A stretch of 64,000 bases of DNA from an uncultured Gammaproteobacteria bacterium (GCA_963830105.1 CAWHLH010000003.1:771931-835930), one strand, 5' to 3'; counted from the stretch's first letter, positions 18,909-28,468 are shown. Translations and numbers: made by a program. Notes: generated from the letters alone by a model not told the origin.

Positions 18909-20072
18909 CTATTGCCCGGCCGGCTTGTGCGGGCCACCCCGTCCCTTCTCGTACTCGTCCGGAACCGGCAGGTCCGAGGGAGGCGTCGGCACTGCGCCGC
19001 CATGCTCCTGAACCGCTTTGAGCTGATAGACGTAGGCAAGAACCTGGGCCACCGCGAGATACAGTCCCGCGGGGATTTCCTGATTGAGCTCGGTGCTGTG
19101 GTACAGCGCCCGCGCCAGCGGCGGCGCGGACATGATGACCACGTCGTTGGCGGCGGCCACCTTCCGGATCTGCGCCGCGATGAGATCGGCGCCTTTGGCG
19201 ACCAGCAGCGGCGCACCCATGCGGCCCGCGTCGTAGCGCAAAGCTACCGCATAGTGCGTCGGGTTGGTCACGACCACATCCGCCTTGGGCACCTCGGACA
19301 TCATTCGTGCCTGCGCGAATTCGCGCTGCTTTGCCCGAATGCGCTGCTTGACCTCGGGCTTGCCCTCTGTCTCCTTGTACTCATCCTTGATTTCCTGCTT
19401 GGTCATCTTCATCTGGCGCGCATGATCCCAGAGCTGAAATGGCACATCAGCCGCCGCGATCAGGATCAGCGGCAGACTCACTCCCAGAAATCCCCAACCC
19501 AGCAGATGGGCTGCATGCGCGATCGCCGCTTTTGGCGTCTCGGCACCCAGTCCCAGGAATTGATCGGACAGGTGCCACAGCAGTCCTATGGCGACCGCCG
19601 TCAGAAACAGGAACTTGACCAGTGCCTTTACGAGTTCCACCACACCCCGCACCGACACCAGCCGCTTGATTCCCTTCACCGGGTTGAGTTTGTCCAGATC
19701 GAACGCCAGCGCTTCGGCGCTGAACGTCCAGCCGCCCAGTGCCACGGAAGCCGCGATTGCCGCCACCGCGGTGACCAGCAGGAGCGGCGCCATCAGTGCC
19801 AGCGCATTCATCAGCGTGTGCTTCAGCAGCAGCACCGGAGCGGTCTGGTCGAAGATCTCGCTGCGATCCAGAGTCAGACCGGAGCGCATCAGGTCCATAA
19901 GGCGCTCTGCCATTGCCGGTCCTGTGACCAGCAGCATACCCGCCGAAACCAGCGTGACTGCCGCCGAATTGAGTTCCTTCGAACGGGCAATCTGGCCCTT
20001 CTTACGCGCCTCCTCAAGGCGCTTGCCGGTAGCCTGTTCACTTCGTTCCTGCCCGTCTTCGTTCTCCGCCAT
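18909..20072 (-). CDS. flhB: Flagellar export switch protein FlhB
   Basis: MAENEDGQERSEQATGKRLEEARKKGQIARSKELNSAAVTL plus four TM helices. The NPTH autocleavage site is present (…VVTNPTHYAVALRYD…). Confidence 0.95.
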   Translation of the reverse strand: MAENEDGQERSEQATGKRLEEARKKGQIARSKELNSAAVTLVSAGMLLVTGPAMAERLMDLMRSGLTLDRSEIFDQTAPVLLLKHTLMNALALMAPLLLVTAVAAIAASVALGGWTFSAEALAFDLDKLNPVKGIKRLVSVRGVVELVKALVKFLFLTAVAIGLLWHLSDQFLGLGAETPKAAIAHAAHLLGWGFLGVSLPLILIAAADVPFQLWDHARQMKMTKQEIKDEYKETEGKPEVKQRIRAKQREFAQARMMSEVPKADVVVTNPTHYAVALRYDAGRMGAPLLVAKGADLIAAQIRKVAAANDVVIMSAPPLARALYHSTELNQEIPAGLYLAVAQVLAYVYQLKAVQEHGGAVPTPPSDLPVPDEYEKGRGGPHKPAGQ

Positions 20073-20073
20073 G

Positions 20074-20865
20074 TCAGCCGCCCGCCGTTCCGAAGGAACT
20101 CATCAGAGCAAAGCCGCTGGCCAGCATATGATTCAGCTGTGGCGCCAGGTTCGGAAGCGTCACCAGTATGATCACAAACCCCAGCAGCATGGTGATGGGA
20201 AAACCCACGCCGAAGATATTCATCTGAGGTGCCGCACGGGTAATCACGCCAAACGCCACATTGACCATGAGCAGGGCACTGACCGCCGGCAGACCGATAA
20301 GCACTGCACCGCCGAACATCTGCCCGGTCCAGGCCACCAGGCGCCACATATCGACGCGAGTGATTCCGTCAATGCCGATCGGCATGGTGTGGAAACTGTT
20401 CACCAGTACGGCGATCAACGCCAGGTGACCGTTCATCACCAGAAACAGCAGAGTCGCAATGGTGACGTAGTACTGACTGAGGACAGGCACTTGAACGCCG
20501 TTTTGCGGATCGATCATGGATGCGAATCCCAGACCCATGCTGACCGCCACGAACTGGCCGCCGACGACAAGCGCCGAAAACACCAGTTGCAGGGCGAAAC
20601 CCATGGCCGCGCCGATCAGGATCTGCTGCACGGTCACGGCGACGCCGGCCGCCGACAGGGGATCGGGAGCGGCGACCGGCGCGAGGCCGGGCACTACCAC
20701 CACAGTGATCGCAAGGCCCAGGACCAGACGAACCCGCATGGGAACCAGGCGCCCGCCGAAGATCGGCGCCACCAGGAACATGGTGGTGATGCGCGTCAGC
20801 GGCCAGACGAAAGCCCCAACCCAGGAGTTGATCTGTGCACTGGTAAATGTGACGGTTTCGTGCAC
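20074..20865 (-). CDS. fliR: Flagellar export apparatus protein FliR
   Basis: 263-aa polytopic membrane protein. WVGAFVWPLTRITTMFLVAPIFG is typical of FliR. Lies immediately upstream of flhB. Confidence 0.9.
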   Translation of the reverse strand: MHETVTFTSAQINSWVGAFVWPLTRITTMFLVAPIFGGRLVPMRVRLVLGLAITVVVVPGLAPVAAPDPLSAAGVAVTVQQILIGAAMGFALQLVFSALVVGGQFVAVSMGLGFASMIDPQNGVQVPVLSQYYVTIATLLFLVMNGHLALIAVLVNSFHTMPIGIDGITRVDMWRLVAWTGQMFGGAVLIGLPAVSALLMVNVAFGVITRAAPQMNIFGVGFPITMLLGFVIILVTLPNLAPQLNHMLASGFALMSSFGTAGG

Positions 20866-20875
20866 GATACGATCT

Positions 20876-21145
20876 TCAGCCGACCATTGCCGGGATGCTG
20901 TGGAAAAGGTGCACGGTGAATCCGATCAGCATGCGCAGCATCCAGTGACCGGCGAACAGCAGCACGGCCGCCACCGCCGCCAGCTTGGGGATGAACGTCA
21001 GTGTCATCTCGTTGATCTGGGTCGCAGCCTGGAACATGCCCACCAGCAGCCCCACGATGAGCCCCGCGATCAGCAGCGGCGCCGACAGCATGACCGTGAT
21101 CTCCATGGTCTGCTTGGCAATGGTCATTACCGTATCAGGAGTCAT
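20876..21145 (-). CDS. fliQ: Flagellar export apparatus protein FliQ
   Basis: 89 aa, two TM helices. MTPDTVMTIAKQTMEITVMLSAPLLIAGLIVGLLVGMFQAATQINEMTLTFIPKL is the FliQ signature. Confidence 0.92.
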   Translation of the reverse strand: MTPDTVMTIAKQTMEITVMLSAPLLIAGLIVGLLVGMFQAATQINEMTLTFIPKLAAVAAVLLFAGHWMLRMLIGFTVHLFHSIPAMVG

Positions 21146-21181
21146 GACGGTCCCTCTGGGCCCAGTGATGTTGTATGACGG

Positions 21182-21937
21182 TCAACTGTAGAAACTGGAT
21201 GCCAGCGTTCCCATCAGCAAAGACCAGCCGTTGATCAGCACGAACAACATGATCTTGAATGGCAGCGAGATGATCATGGGAGAGAGCATCATCATGCCCA
21301 TGGACATGAGTAGACTGGCCACCACCAAGTCAATCACCAGGAAGGGGATAAGGATAAGGAACCCGATCTGGAAGGCCGTCTTCAGCTCGCTGGTCACGAA
21401 GGACGGCAACAGCAGCGAAAATGGCACCTGAGCCGGCGTTGTCATGTTGTCGGTATCGGTACCGGAGATGCCGGCAAACATCTCCAGATCGGACTTGCGG
21501 GTCTGCTTGAGCATGAAGCCGCGGAACGGACCCAGTGCCCGATGCAGCGCCTGGTCGGTGGATATCTGGTTGTGAAGGTAGGGCTGGATCGCCTGGTCGT
21601 TGACCTTGTTGAATACCGGCAGCATGACGAAGAAAGTCAGGAACAGCGACAGTCCGACCAGTATCTGGTTGGAGGGGGCCTGCCCGGTCCCCAGGGCCTG
21701 ACGCAGTATGCCTAGCACAATGATGATGCGCGTAAACGAAGTCATCATCAGCAGGGCTGCCGGCAGCAGCGTCAGGGCGGTCATCAGGGCAAGGACCTGG
21801 ATGCTGACCGTATAGGTCTGCCCGCCGTTCGCGGTCGGTTCCATCTTGAGAGCCGTCAGGCCCGGTGCTGCCAACACTGCCACGGGTGCCAGCAGACTTA
21901 TCAGCAGGACAATCCAGCTAAGCCTCTTTGCGCTCAT
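21182..21937 (-). CDS. fliP: Flagellar export apparatus protein FliP
   Basis: From the ATG at 21937: [26 protein letters not shown] signal peptide followed by the conserved FliP core (…[43 protein letters not shown]…). The track ORF extends 156 codons upstream through fliO in another frame. Confidence 0.92.
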   Translation of the reverse strand: MSAKRLSWIVLLISLLAPVAVLAAPGLTALKMEPTANGGQTYTVSIQVLALMTALTLLPAALLMMTSFTRIIIVLGILRQALGTGQAPSNQILVGLSLFLTFFVMLPVFNKVNDQAIQPYLHNQISTDQALHRALGPFRGFMLKQTRKSDLEMFAGISGTDTDNMTTPAQVPFSLLLPSFVTSELKTAFQIGFLILIPFLVIDLVVASLLMSMGMMMLSPMIISLPFKIMLFVLINGWSLLMGTLASSFYS

Positions 21938-22443
21938 GAGGATGCCCTCTTGTCCAGCGCTGCACGCAGCTTTTGCGCAAACCGGCCGGCGCCCGCACCT
22001 TCGGAGTCCTCGGCAATCGGCTCCTGCATGACGTGCAGCGTCTGCACCCGCCCGGGAGCGACCCCGAGGAGCAGCTGTGTCTCCCCGACCTGGATCAGCA
22101 CCACCCGTTCCCTGGCGCCCATGGAAAGCCCGCCCACGATCCTCATCGCTCCGCCGACACCGGACTGGAAACGGCCCACCCGGCGCATCAGCCAAGCCAC
22201 CAGGGCGATGGCCGCCAGCACCGCCAGCAAACCCAGGGTGAGCTGCACCAGACTGCCCACGGCGAGAGGCTCTGCTGCGCTCTGATGGCCGGCCGCAGGC
22301 CCGGCGGGAATGGCAGCCCGAGCCGTCGAACCGTACCCGGTCAGCAACGCGAACAGCGCAAGCCCGGCGGGAATAGCGAAGAAGGATCGAATCCACGCGA
22401 TACACCGTGTCGGGGCAGTGCGAGCTGAAGGCCGTGGGCTCAT
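21934..22443 (-). CDS. fliO: Flagellar protein FliO
   Basis: 169 aa with a single TM helix ([19 protein letters not shown]). Sits between fliN and fliP with 4-nt overlaps at both ends. Low sequence conservation is usual for FliO. Confidence 0.6.
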   Translation of the reverse strand: MSPRPSARTAPTRCIAWIRSFFAIPAGLALFALLTGYGSTARAAIPAGPAAGHQSAAEPLAVGSLVQLTLGLLAVLAAIALVAWLMRRVGRFQSGVGGAMRIVGGLSMGARERVVLIQVGETQLLLGVAPGRVQTLHVMQEPIAEDSEGAGAGRFAQKLRAALDKRASS

Positions 22444-22880
22444 TTCAGCTTCTTCACTCGTTCCGCCGGACTGACCACATCGGTCAGCCGGATCCCGAAC
22501 TTCTCGTTGACGACCACCACCTCGCCATGGGCCACCAGGGTGCCGTTCACGAGCACGTCCATGGGCTCGCCGGCGAGCCGGTCCAACTCCACCACGGACC
22601 CCTGGTTCAACTGCAGCAGGTTCCTGATGCTGATCTGCGTACGGCCGATTTCCATTGCGATGCTGACCGGAATGTCGAGGATCACGTCGAGGTTGCTATC
22701 CTCGTTTGCCGGACCCTGGCCGTCGTCCTGCAGATCCTGGAACTGGGCGGGCGACGGATCGGCTGGGACTTCGTCCGTGGCGATCGCTTCGGCCGCCGTC
22801 TGCTCGGCCATTGCTGCCGCCCAGTCGTCCGTTGCATCATCGGTGTTCGGGCTGTCAGTGGTGTCGGTGGTATCGTTCAT
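22440..22880 (-). CDS. fliN: Flagellar motor switch protein FliN
   Basis: Acidic N-terminus and C-terminal SpoA domain [72 protein letters not shown]. Confidence 0.92.
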   Translation of the reverse strand: MNDTTDTTDSPNTDDATDDWAAAMAEQTAAEAIATDEVPADPSPAQFQDLQDDGQGPANEDSNLDVILDIPVSIAMEIGRTQISIRNLLQLNQGSVVELDRLAGEPMDVLVNGTLVAHGEVVVVNEKFGIRLTDVVSPAERVKKLK

Positions 22881-22908
22881 GTTGAACTCCTGTCCAGAAC
22901 GGCTCCGG

Positions 22909-23886
22909 CTAATGGGCCTTTATCTTGTGCTGCACCTTCAATGCGCGATTTCCGTGGGAGACGCCGAACTTGGCACGGAAAATCGGGACATCCTCGGCGC
23001 ACAAGCTCACCGATTCGGGCAGGTCGATTGGGATCACATCGCCCGCCTTGAGCTGCATGAGCTCGCGCAGCGTGATGGTGGTCTCCGCCAGCGTACTGCG
23101 CACATTAACCGGCGCGTCCTTCATCTCTTCGCGGATCGCACCGAGCCAGCGCTCGTCGACTTCGCTGCGATCGCTCTGTACACCAGCGTCCAGAACGTCG
23201 CGAATGGGCTCGATCATGGAATACGGCAGAGTGACATGCAGATCGCCGCCACCTCCGTCCAATTCGATGTGAAAGGTGTTGACGACCACGACTTCGGTGG
23301 GGCTCACGATATTGGCGAAGTGCGGGTTGACCTCTGAATTGACGTATTCGAAATCCAACGGCATCACGGGATTCCAGGATTCCTTGAGGTCGCTGAAGGC
23401 CTGGCGAAGGATGATGTCGATGACACGCTGTTCGGTCGGGGTGAATTCCCGGCCCTCGATCTTTGCCGGAAAGCGGCCGTCGCCGCCGAAATAATTGTCC
23501 ACCAGCGTAAAGACCAGCTTCGGATCGAACACAAACAGACCAGTTCCGCGCAGCGGCTTGACCTTCACCAGATTCAGACTGGTGGGAACGAACAGGCTAT
23601 GGACGTACTCGGCGAACTTCAGCATTTGGACGCCGGCCACCGCGATTTCGCTGGAACGGCGCATCAAGTTGAACAGGCTGATGCGGAAATACCGCGCGAA
23701 GCGTTCGTTGATCATCTCCAGCGTGGGCATTCGCCCGCGCACGATACGATCCTGACTGGTGAAGTCATAACCGTGCGCTTCGCCGTCGTTCAGTCCTTCA
23801 TCGGTTTCGGTTTCGACATCGCCGCTGCCGACGCCGTGCAGCAGGGCGTCGATTTCTTCCTGGGACAGGAGATCGTTCACGGACAT
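22909..23886 (-). CDS. fliM: Flagellar motor switch protein FliM
   Basis: MSVNDLLSQEEIDALLHG carries the CheY-P binding LSQEEIDALL motif. The central FliM domain and C-terminal SpoA-like region are present. Confidence 0.95.
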   Translation of the reverse strand: MSVNDLLSQEEIDALLHGVGSGDVETETDEGLNDGEAHGYDFTSQDRIVRGRMPTLEMINERFARYFRISLFNLMRRSSEIAVAGVQMLKFAEYVHSLFVPTSLNLVKVKPLRGTGLFVFDPKLVFTLVDNYFGGDGRFPAKIEGREFTPTEQRVIDIILRQAFSDLKESWNPVMPLDFEYVNSEVNPHFANIVSPTEVVVVNTFHIELDGGGGDLHVTLPYSMIEPIRDVLDAGVQSDRSEVDERWLGAIREEMKDAPVNVRSTLAETTITLRELMQLKAGDVIPIDLPESVSLCAEDVPIFRAKFGVSHGNRALKVQHKIKAH

Positions 23887-23891
23887 GGCGG

Positions 23892-24461
23892 CTACTGCAT
23901 CACGAAGCTGGTGAAGTAGGCGCCCTGCACGCCGGTGATGCCGGCCTGCTGCTTCAGCACCTTGCGTACGGTGTCCAGCACTTCGCCGCGCAGCTTGTCC
24001 TTGCCCGCACGGCTGCTGAGATCGGAGGGTTTCTCACTGCTGAGCAGCAGCACCAGCCCGTTGCGAATGGCCGGCATCTGCGCCTTGACGGCGTCCAGTA
24101 CTTCCTGACGGTAGGCGCTGAGCTCAATGCCAACCTGCAGATAGCGGATGTCGCCGCTTCCGTTGAAATTGACCAGAAAGGGGGGATCCAGAGCGATGTA
24201 TTTGACAGACCCGGCCGGTTTCTTGCTGGCGTGGGCCTCGGGCTGCTTCTTGGCGTTGGCTTTGGCCGATTCGGTGGCCGGGCGATCCGCCCCGCCGCCG
24301 GAAAGAGCGCCTGCAAAATACAGGGTGGCCAGCACGGTGCCGCTCAACACCAGCGACAGGGAAAGCCCTATGATCAGGTACTTCAACCAGGGGCGTGCCG
24401 CCTTGGGCACAGCGGCCCCCGCTTCGTCATCCAGATCCAGCTCTGCACCGTTCTCTGCCAT
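23892..24461 (-). CDS. fliL: Flagellar basal-body-associated protein FliL
   Basis: LKYLIIGLSLSLVLSGTVLATLYFAG is a single TM segment followed by the FliL periplasmic domain. Start placed at the ATG at 24461 (GGGAAG RBS 8 nt upstream) because the sigma54 promoter 24499-24514 overlaps the longer track ORF start at 24503. Confidence 0.8.
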   Translation of the reverse strand: MAENGAELDLDDEAGAAVPKAARPWLKYLIIGLSLSLVLSGTVLATLYFAGALSGGGADRPATESAKANAKKQPEAHASKKPAGSVKYIALDPPFLVNFNGSGDIRYLQVGIELSAYRQEVLDAVKAQMPAIRNGLVLLLSSEKPSDLSSRAGKDKLRGEVLDTVRKVLKQQAGITGVQGAYFTSFVMQ

Positions 24462-24498
24462 GGTCCAACTTCCCGAATTCTGCGTCCACTCCCGGGAA

Positions 24499-24514
24499 AG
24501 CAAGACCTATGCCA
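24499..24514 (-). promoter_or_regulatory. Sigma-54 (RpoN) -24/-12 promoter for the fliL operon
   Basis: Minus strand reads TGGCATaggtcTTGCT (GG-N10-GC spacing; consensus TGGCAC-N5-TTGCW), about 35 nt upstream of the fliL ATG at 24461. Confidence 0.6.
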
Positions 24515-24624
24515 TTGGATAGGGCCTGAATCTTTCGTTAACTATCAATATATTGGAAATCATTTCCTGACGAGCGACAGACTTTTGACTGCCTCCGCAG
24601 GGCGATCAAGCCGAAAACTTGGCT

Positions 24625-26889
24625 TCAGGCGGGCGTGACCCAGGGGCCCTGGTTGAGCCAGGAGGTGAATCCGGGCGGGGGCAGCGGACGGCTGACGTGG
24701 AATCCCTGGACTTCGTCGCAGCCAAGGACCGCCAGCTGCGCCCAGGCCTCGCCATCCTCCACGCCTTCTGCCACCACCTTGAATCCGAGATTGTGGCCCA
24801 AGTCGATGATGGAACGGACGATGACAGCGTCGTTTTCATTGTGAGCCATATCCAACAGGAATGACTTGTCGATTTTCAGGGTATGGATCGGCAACCGCTT
24901 GAGGTAGGACAAAGAGGAGTAGCCGGTACCGAAGTCGTCGATGGCGATACCCACGCCCATGTCGCTGAGACGGGAAAGTATGGCGGCGCCGTACTCGAGG
25001 TCCGCCATCAGGGTTTCTTCGGTGATTTCGATCTCCAGACACTGGCCGTCCACACCTGCTTCTTTCAGGGCCCATTGGATCTTGTCCACCAAATGCGGAC
25101 TCTGAAAGAAGCGCGCCGACACGTTCACGGCGATCGGCACCTGCAGTCCGGCCGCCCTCAGGGTCTTGCACTGGCGCAGCGCCGTGACCAGCACCCAATC
25201 GGTGATGGAGGTCATCAGCCCGATCTGTTCCGCGATGTGAAGAAATCGCTTGGGAGCCACCAGGCCTTCCTGGGGATGCTTCCAGCGCAGCAGCGCTTCC
25301 GCCCCGCAGATCTTCATGGTACGGATGTCAATTTTCGGCTGATAATGGAGCTCGAATTCATTGCGCTCCAGCGCATGACGCAGCTGGCCGGAAAACTGCA
25401 GCTGCTCCGCGGCGGGCATGTCGGTACCCGGCTCATAGAACAGATAGGGCGCCTCGCTGCGCTTAGCGCCGTACATGGCCGTGTCGGCGTGGCTTAGCAG
25501 ACTCTCGGCGTCCTCGCCGTGGTCCGGGTAGACGGCGATGCCGATGGCGCCGGCCAGAAACAGTTCCTTGCCGTCGTGCCAGAACGGCGCCTTGAAACAG
25601 CCCAGGATCTTGCCCGCCACATGCTCCGCTGCGGTGCTCGCGGCACGCACTGCGGGCAACAGCACCGCGAACTCGTCTCCGCCCAACCGGGCCAGGGTGT
25701 CCGAATCACGCAGCACCGTGCGCAGGCGGCCGGCCACCTGGCGCAACAGCAGATCGCCCGCCGCATGGCCCAGGGTATCGTTGATGACCTTAAAATGATC
25801 CAGGTCCAGCAGCATCAGCACCACCTGACTGCCAGGGGCACGCCGGGCAGCCGCCAGCGCCACGTTCAGACGGTCGTACCACAGCGTCCGGTTGGCCAAC
25901 TCGGTCAGGCCGTCAGTGGTAGCCATGTGCTCCAGCCGTGCGTAGGTTTCCCGGGCTTCGGTGACGTCCTGCATCAACCCGTCAACACGCACCACCCGGC
26001 GCCCGCTGCCTCGCGAGGGATAGAATTCCATCCGAAACCAACGGGGCTCCGATCCCTTGAGCTCGATCCGGCAATCCACAACGCACTGGCGCCCTTGAAC
26101 GGCCTGTCCCCAAGCGTCGAGCACGCGGCGCTGATCGTCGGGGTGAACGTGGTCCATGCACGGAACAGGGGACTGCACACCGGACGGGCAGATGCGCTCC
26201 GTGGCCGGGCTGACATACAACAGCCGGTTACCGGGCACGGCCACCGACCAGAGTACCTGTGGAATGTTGGCAAGCAGGTCGGTTACCTGCAGCTGACTGG
26301 CGGCGATCTCGCTGCGCTGCTCGTCCAGACGGGCCAGCGCGTCGCCCCACTGGGACTGCAGCATGATGCCCATATCCCGGAAAACCAGCTTCGCCACTAC
26401 CGCGGCGAGAGGCTGCCGGTCGTCCGATTCGATGGTGGCAGAATCCGTGATGAGTTTGTGGAGATGGTCCAGGTAGAGGCGATAGGCACCCAGGACCCAC
26501 ACCGATTCGATCGCCCGCTGGCGATGCAGCGTGCCGATATGCGCTATGCGGGCGGCATCTCCGTCGCTGACGCCACCAGAGAGGATCCCCAACAGATGCT
26601 CGAGCTGGCTGCGGACAAGATCGCCTATGTCGCCGCCGGAGCGCTCGTAATCGTAGAGTCGCTCGGCCGCACCGGGGTTGTCGAACAGGTAATTATAATA
26701 GAGCTCAGCGAAACCGGCGGCGGCTTGCGCAAGGCTGTCCTGGTAGCGGGCGAGCAGCTTCAGATCGTCGTCGCCGATCTGAAGAACGTAGTTGAACTCC
26801 TTGCTCTTTACCCGCGACTCGACCAGCTGCTGCTGCGGCTCCGCACCACCACCCTGCCCTCTGCAACTCTGTTTGCGTTTTCCAGGCAT
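24625..26889 (-). CDS. Globin-coupled-sensor-like / PAS / GGDEF / EAL c-di-GMP turnover protein
   Basis: N-terminal segment DDDLKLLARYQDSLAQAAAGFAELYYNYLFDNPGAAERLYDYE...RIAHIGTLHRQRAIESVW resembles the sensor-globin domain of DosC/BpeGReg-type proteins. A PAS-like region follows. GGDEF has an intact GGDEF motif (LARLGGDEFAVLL) and EAL an intact EALLRW motif. Confidence 0.8.
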   Translation of the reverse strand: MPGKRKQSCRGQGGGAEPQQQLVESRVKSKEFNYVLQIGDDDLKLLARYQDSLAQAAAGFAELYYNYLFDNPGAAERLYDYERSGGDIGDLVRSQLEHLLGILSGGVSDGDAARIAHIGTLHRQRAIESVWVLGAYRLYLDHLHKLITDSATIESDDRQPLAAVVAKLVFRDMGIMLQSQWGDALARLDEQRSEIAASQLQVTDLLANIPQVLWSVAVPGNRLLYVSPATERICPSGVQSPVPCMDHVHPDDQRRVLDAWGQAVQGRQCVVDCRIELKGSEPRWFRMEFYPSRGSGRRVVRVDGLMQDVTEARETYARLEHMATTDGLTELANRTLWYDRLNVALAAARRAPGSQVVLMLLDLDHFKVINDTLGHAAGDLLLRQVAGRLRTVLRDSDTLARLGGDEFAVLLPAVRAASTAAEHVAGKILGCFKAPFWHDGKELFLAGAIGIAVYPDHGEDAESLLSHADTAMYGAKRSEAPYLFYEPGTDMPAAEQLQFSGQLRHALERNEFELHYQPKIDIRTMKICGAEALLRWKHPQEGLVAPKRFLHIAEQIGLMTSITDWVLVTALRQCKTLRAAGLQVPIAVNVSARFFQSPHLVDKIQWALKEAGVDGQCLEIEITEETLMADLEYGAAILSRLSDMGVGIAIDDFGTGYSSLSYLKRLPIHTLKIDKSFLLDMAHNENDAVIVRSIIDLGHNLGFKVVAEGVEDGEAWAQLAVLGCDEVQGFHVSRPLPPPGFTSWLNQGPWVTPA

Positions 26890-26900
26890 GTTATCGGCAT

Positions 26901-27033
26901 TGTTGTTGTTATGGCTTCAGGCATGGGGGTACGCTACCACAGTTCGCGCCAAATCCCAACGACCGGGCGCCGGACAGACGCGGCGGCACCATCGGCACCT
27001 CCTGGGCCGCCTGCCGGGCTCCATAACAACAAC
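26901..27033. repeat. 13-bp perfect inverted repeat bracketing the fliK/GGDEF-EAL intergenic region
   Basis: Plus 26902-26914 gttgttgttatgg and 27021-27033 ccataacaacaac are exact reverse complements about 106 nt apart. One arm abuts the fliK stop and the other lies 12 nt upstream of the GGDEF-EAL ATG at 26889. Confidence 0.7.
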
Positions 27034-28407
27034 TTACGCGAAGTAGTCAATGGCACCAAGGGCGACACGCGCCGCCGAGCGAAGCTTCTCGCTCACCGGC
27101 TCGTCAACCACCAGAGTCGACTCGCTCCCGGTCGCGCCGCCGCCACCGCCACCGCCGTGGCCATGATGGCCAAAGCCCGCTCCTCCTTGCTGGCCGTGCC
27201 CCCCGAAGGAATGCTGAGAGACATTGACGTTGGCCAGGTTCAGTCCGCTGCCGCCCAGCATTTCCCGAAGCCGGGGAATCGCCGCTTCCAGGTGCTCCCT
27301 GGTGAGGGCGTGCTGGGCACTGAAGGCGACGCTCGCCTGGTCGTTGTGCACGCTGATGCGCACGTCGATAGGACCCAGATGGGCAGGGGTGACCCGCAGT
27401 TCGGCGCCCTGAAGATGCTGTCCGATCATCCACTTGACCCGTTCACCCAGTGCCTGATCCCAGCCCGGCTGCTGCATGGGCAACTGGATATTCGCAGTCG
27501 GCAGTGCAGGCGTGCTCTGGCTCGGGGGCACGGACGGCTGCACCGGCGGAGCAATGGTGGGATTACCCCCCTGGCTCAGGGCCGCGGTCGCGTCAGGGCC
27601 GTGGGCCGGGCCGAGCGCATGGGGGGGGAGCCCATTGGCTGCCGAATGGGAGATCGCCTGCTGGACGGCCGCGAGCAGTTGGGGCGGCAGCGCAGGCTGC
27701 TTGGCCGAGGCATCCGCGCCGCTTCCGGCGGTGGGTGCCACCGCGGCATGCACCGCCTGAGCAACGGTGAGTCGGTGATCCCCGGCCGGTTGCCCGGCGG
27801 ACTGCAGCAGCTTGACAAGGGCGGCGGGCAATTGCGGCTGAGCTCCGCCTTTGGCGTCCCCTTGCCGGGCACTACCAGGGGTGGCGGCACCGCTCCCGCC
27901 ATCTTTCCCGGACGCCGCCAAGCCCAGTTCCCGAGCCAGCAACGCCAGCTCTTGGCTGGTCGACGAATCCTGGATCGAAGACTGGCTCGACAACTGGCCC
28001 AACGACTGGGCCGGCAGATGGGCCGAAGGTTGGCTCGCGCCCTGAACATGCGGCGACGCTTGCTGTCCACCGGCCTGAGCGGCAAGCAGACTCGCAAGCA
28101 GCGCGGCCAGCACCTGGTCCGGTGGCAAATCCTTGCCGCCGGACGCGGAATCCGATGACCGCCCGTGTTCCCCCCGCAGCTTGGCTTGAAGCTCGTGCAC
28201 CAACTGGGCGATGGCCTGCGGAGAGCCCTTGGACAGGGGGCCGTTGAGCAACTGGGCGAACGCGCTGCCGCCCTGCCCATCGACCTGTTCGGCATTGCCA
28301 CCGGCAGCTGCGCCGCTACTCTTGTTGACGCTGCCGGAAGCGGTACCTGCGGTCCCGCCAGTGGCGGATGAGGCGATCTGTACAGAGGGTAGCGGCTGGT
28401 CCGCCAT
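27034..28407 (-). CDS. fliK: Flagellar hook-length control protein FliK
   Basis: 457 aa, Ala/Pro/Gln-rich. C-terminal Flg_hook domain ELRVTPAHLGPIDVRISVHNDQASVAFSAQHALTREHLEAAIPRLREMLGGSGLNLANVNV. Sits directly after fliJ. Confidence 0.85.
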   Translation of the reverse strand: MADQPLPSVQIASSATGGTAGTASGSVNKSSGAAAGGNAEQVDGQGGSAFAQLLNGPLSKGSPQAIAQLVHELQAKLRGEHGRSSDSASGGKDLPPDQVLAALLASLLAAQAGGQQASPHVQGASQPSAHLPAQSLGQLSSQSSIQDSSTSQELALLARELGLAASGKDGGSGAATPGSARQGDAKGGAQPQLPAALVKLLQSAGQPAGDHRLTVAQAVHAAVAPTAGSGADASAKQPALPPQLLAAVQQAISHSAANGLPPHALGPAHGPDATAALSQGGNPTIAPPVQPSVPPSQSTPALPTANIQLPMQQPGWDQALGERVKWMIGQHLQGAELRVTPAHLGPIDVRISVHNDQASVAFSAQHALTREHLEAAIPRLREMLGGSGLNLANVNVSQHSFGGHGQQGGAGFGHHGHGGGGGGGATGSESTLVVDEPVSEKLRSAARVALGAIDYFA

Positions 28408-28446
28408 GAAGACTCTCCCGATCCGTCTAGGGCTCCCCTAGACCGG

Positions 28447-28463
28447 AAGCAATTACTGTACCA
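28447..28463 (-). promoter_or_regulatory. Sigma-54-type promoter upstream of fliK
   Basis: Minus strand reads TGGTACagtaaTTGCTT (GG-N10-GC; one mismatch to TGGCAC) in the fliJ-fliK gap. Followed by an 8-bp palindrome gtctaggg/ccctagac (28421-28439) in the leader. Confidence 0.45.
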
Positions 28464-28468
28464 AGAGG

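Noticed and set aside
26890-26897. Exact GCCGATAA (sigma28 -10 consensus) on the minus strand immediately abutting the GGDEF-EAL start codon
   Set aside because: No TAAA -35 at the required N15 spacing. A -10 touching the ATG would put the transcript start inside the ORF. Probably coincidental, although it lies within the inverted-repeat leader.
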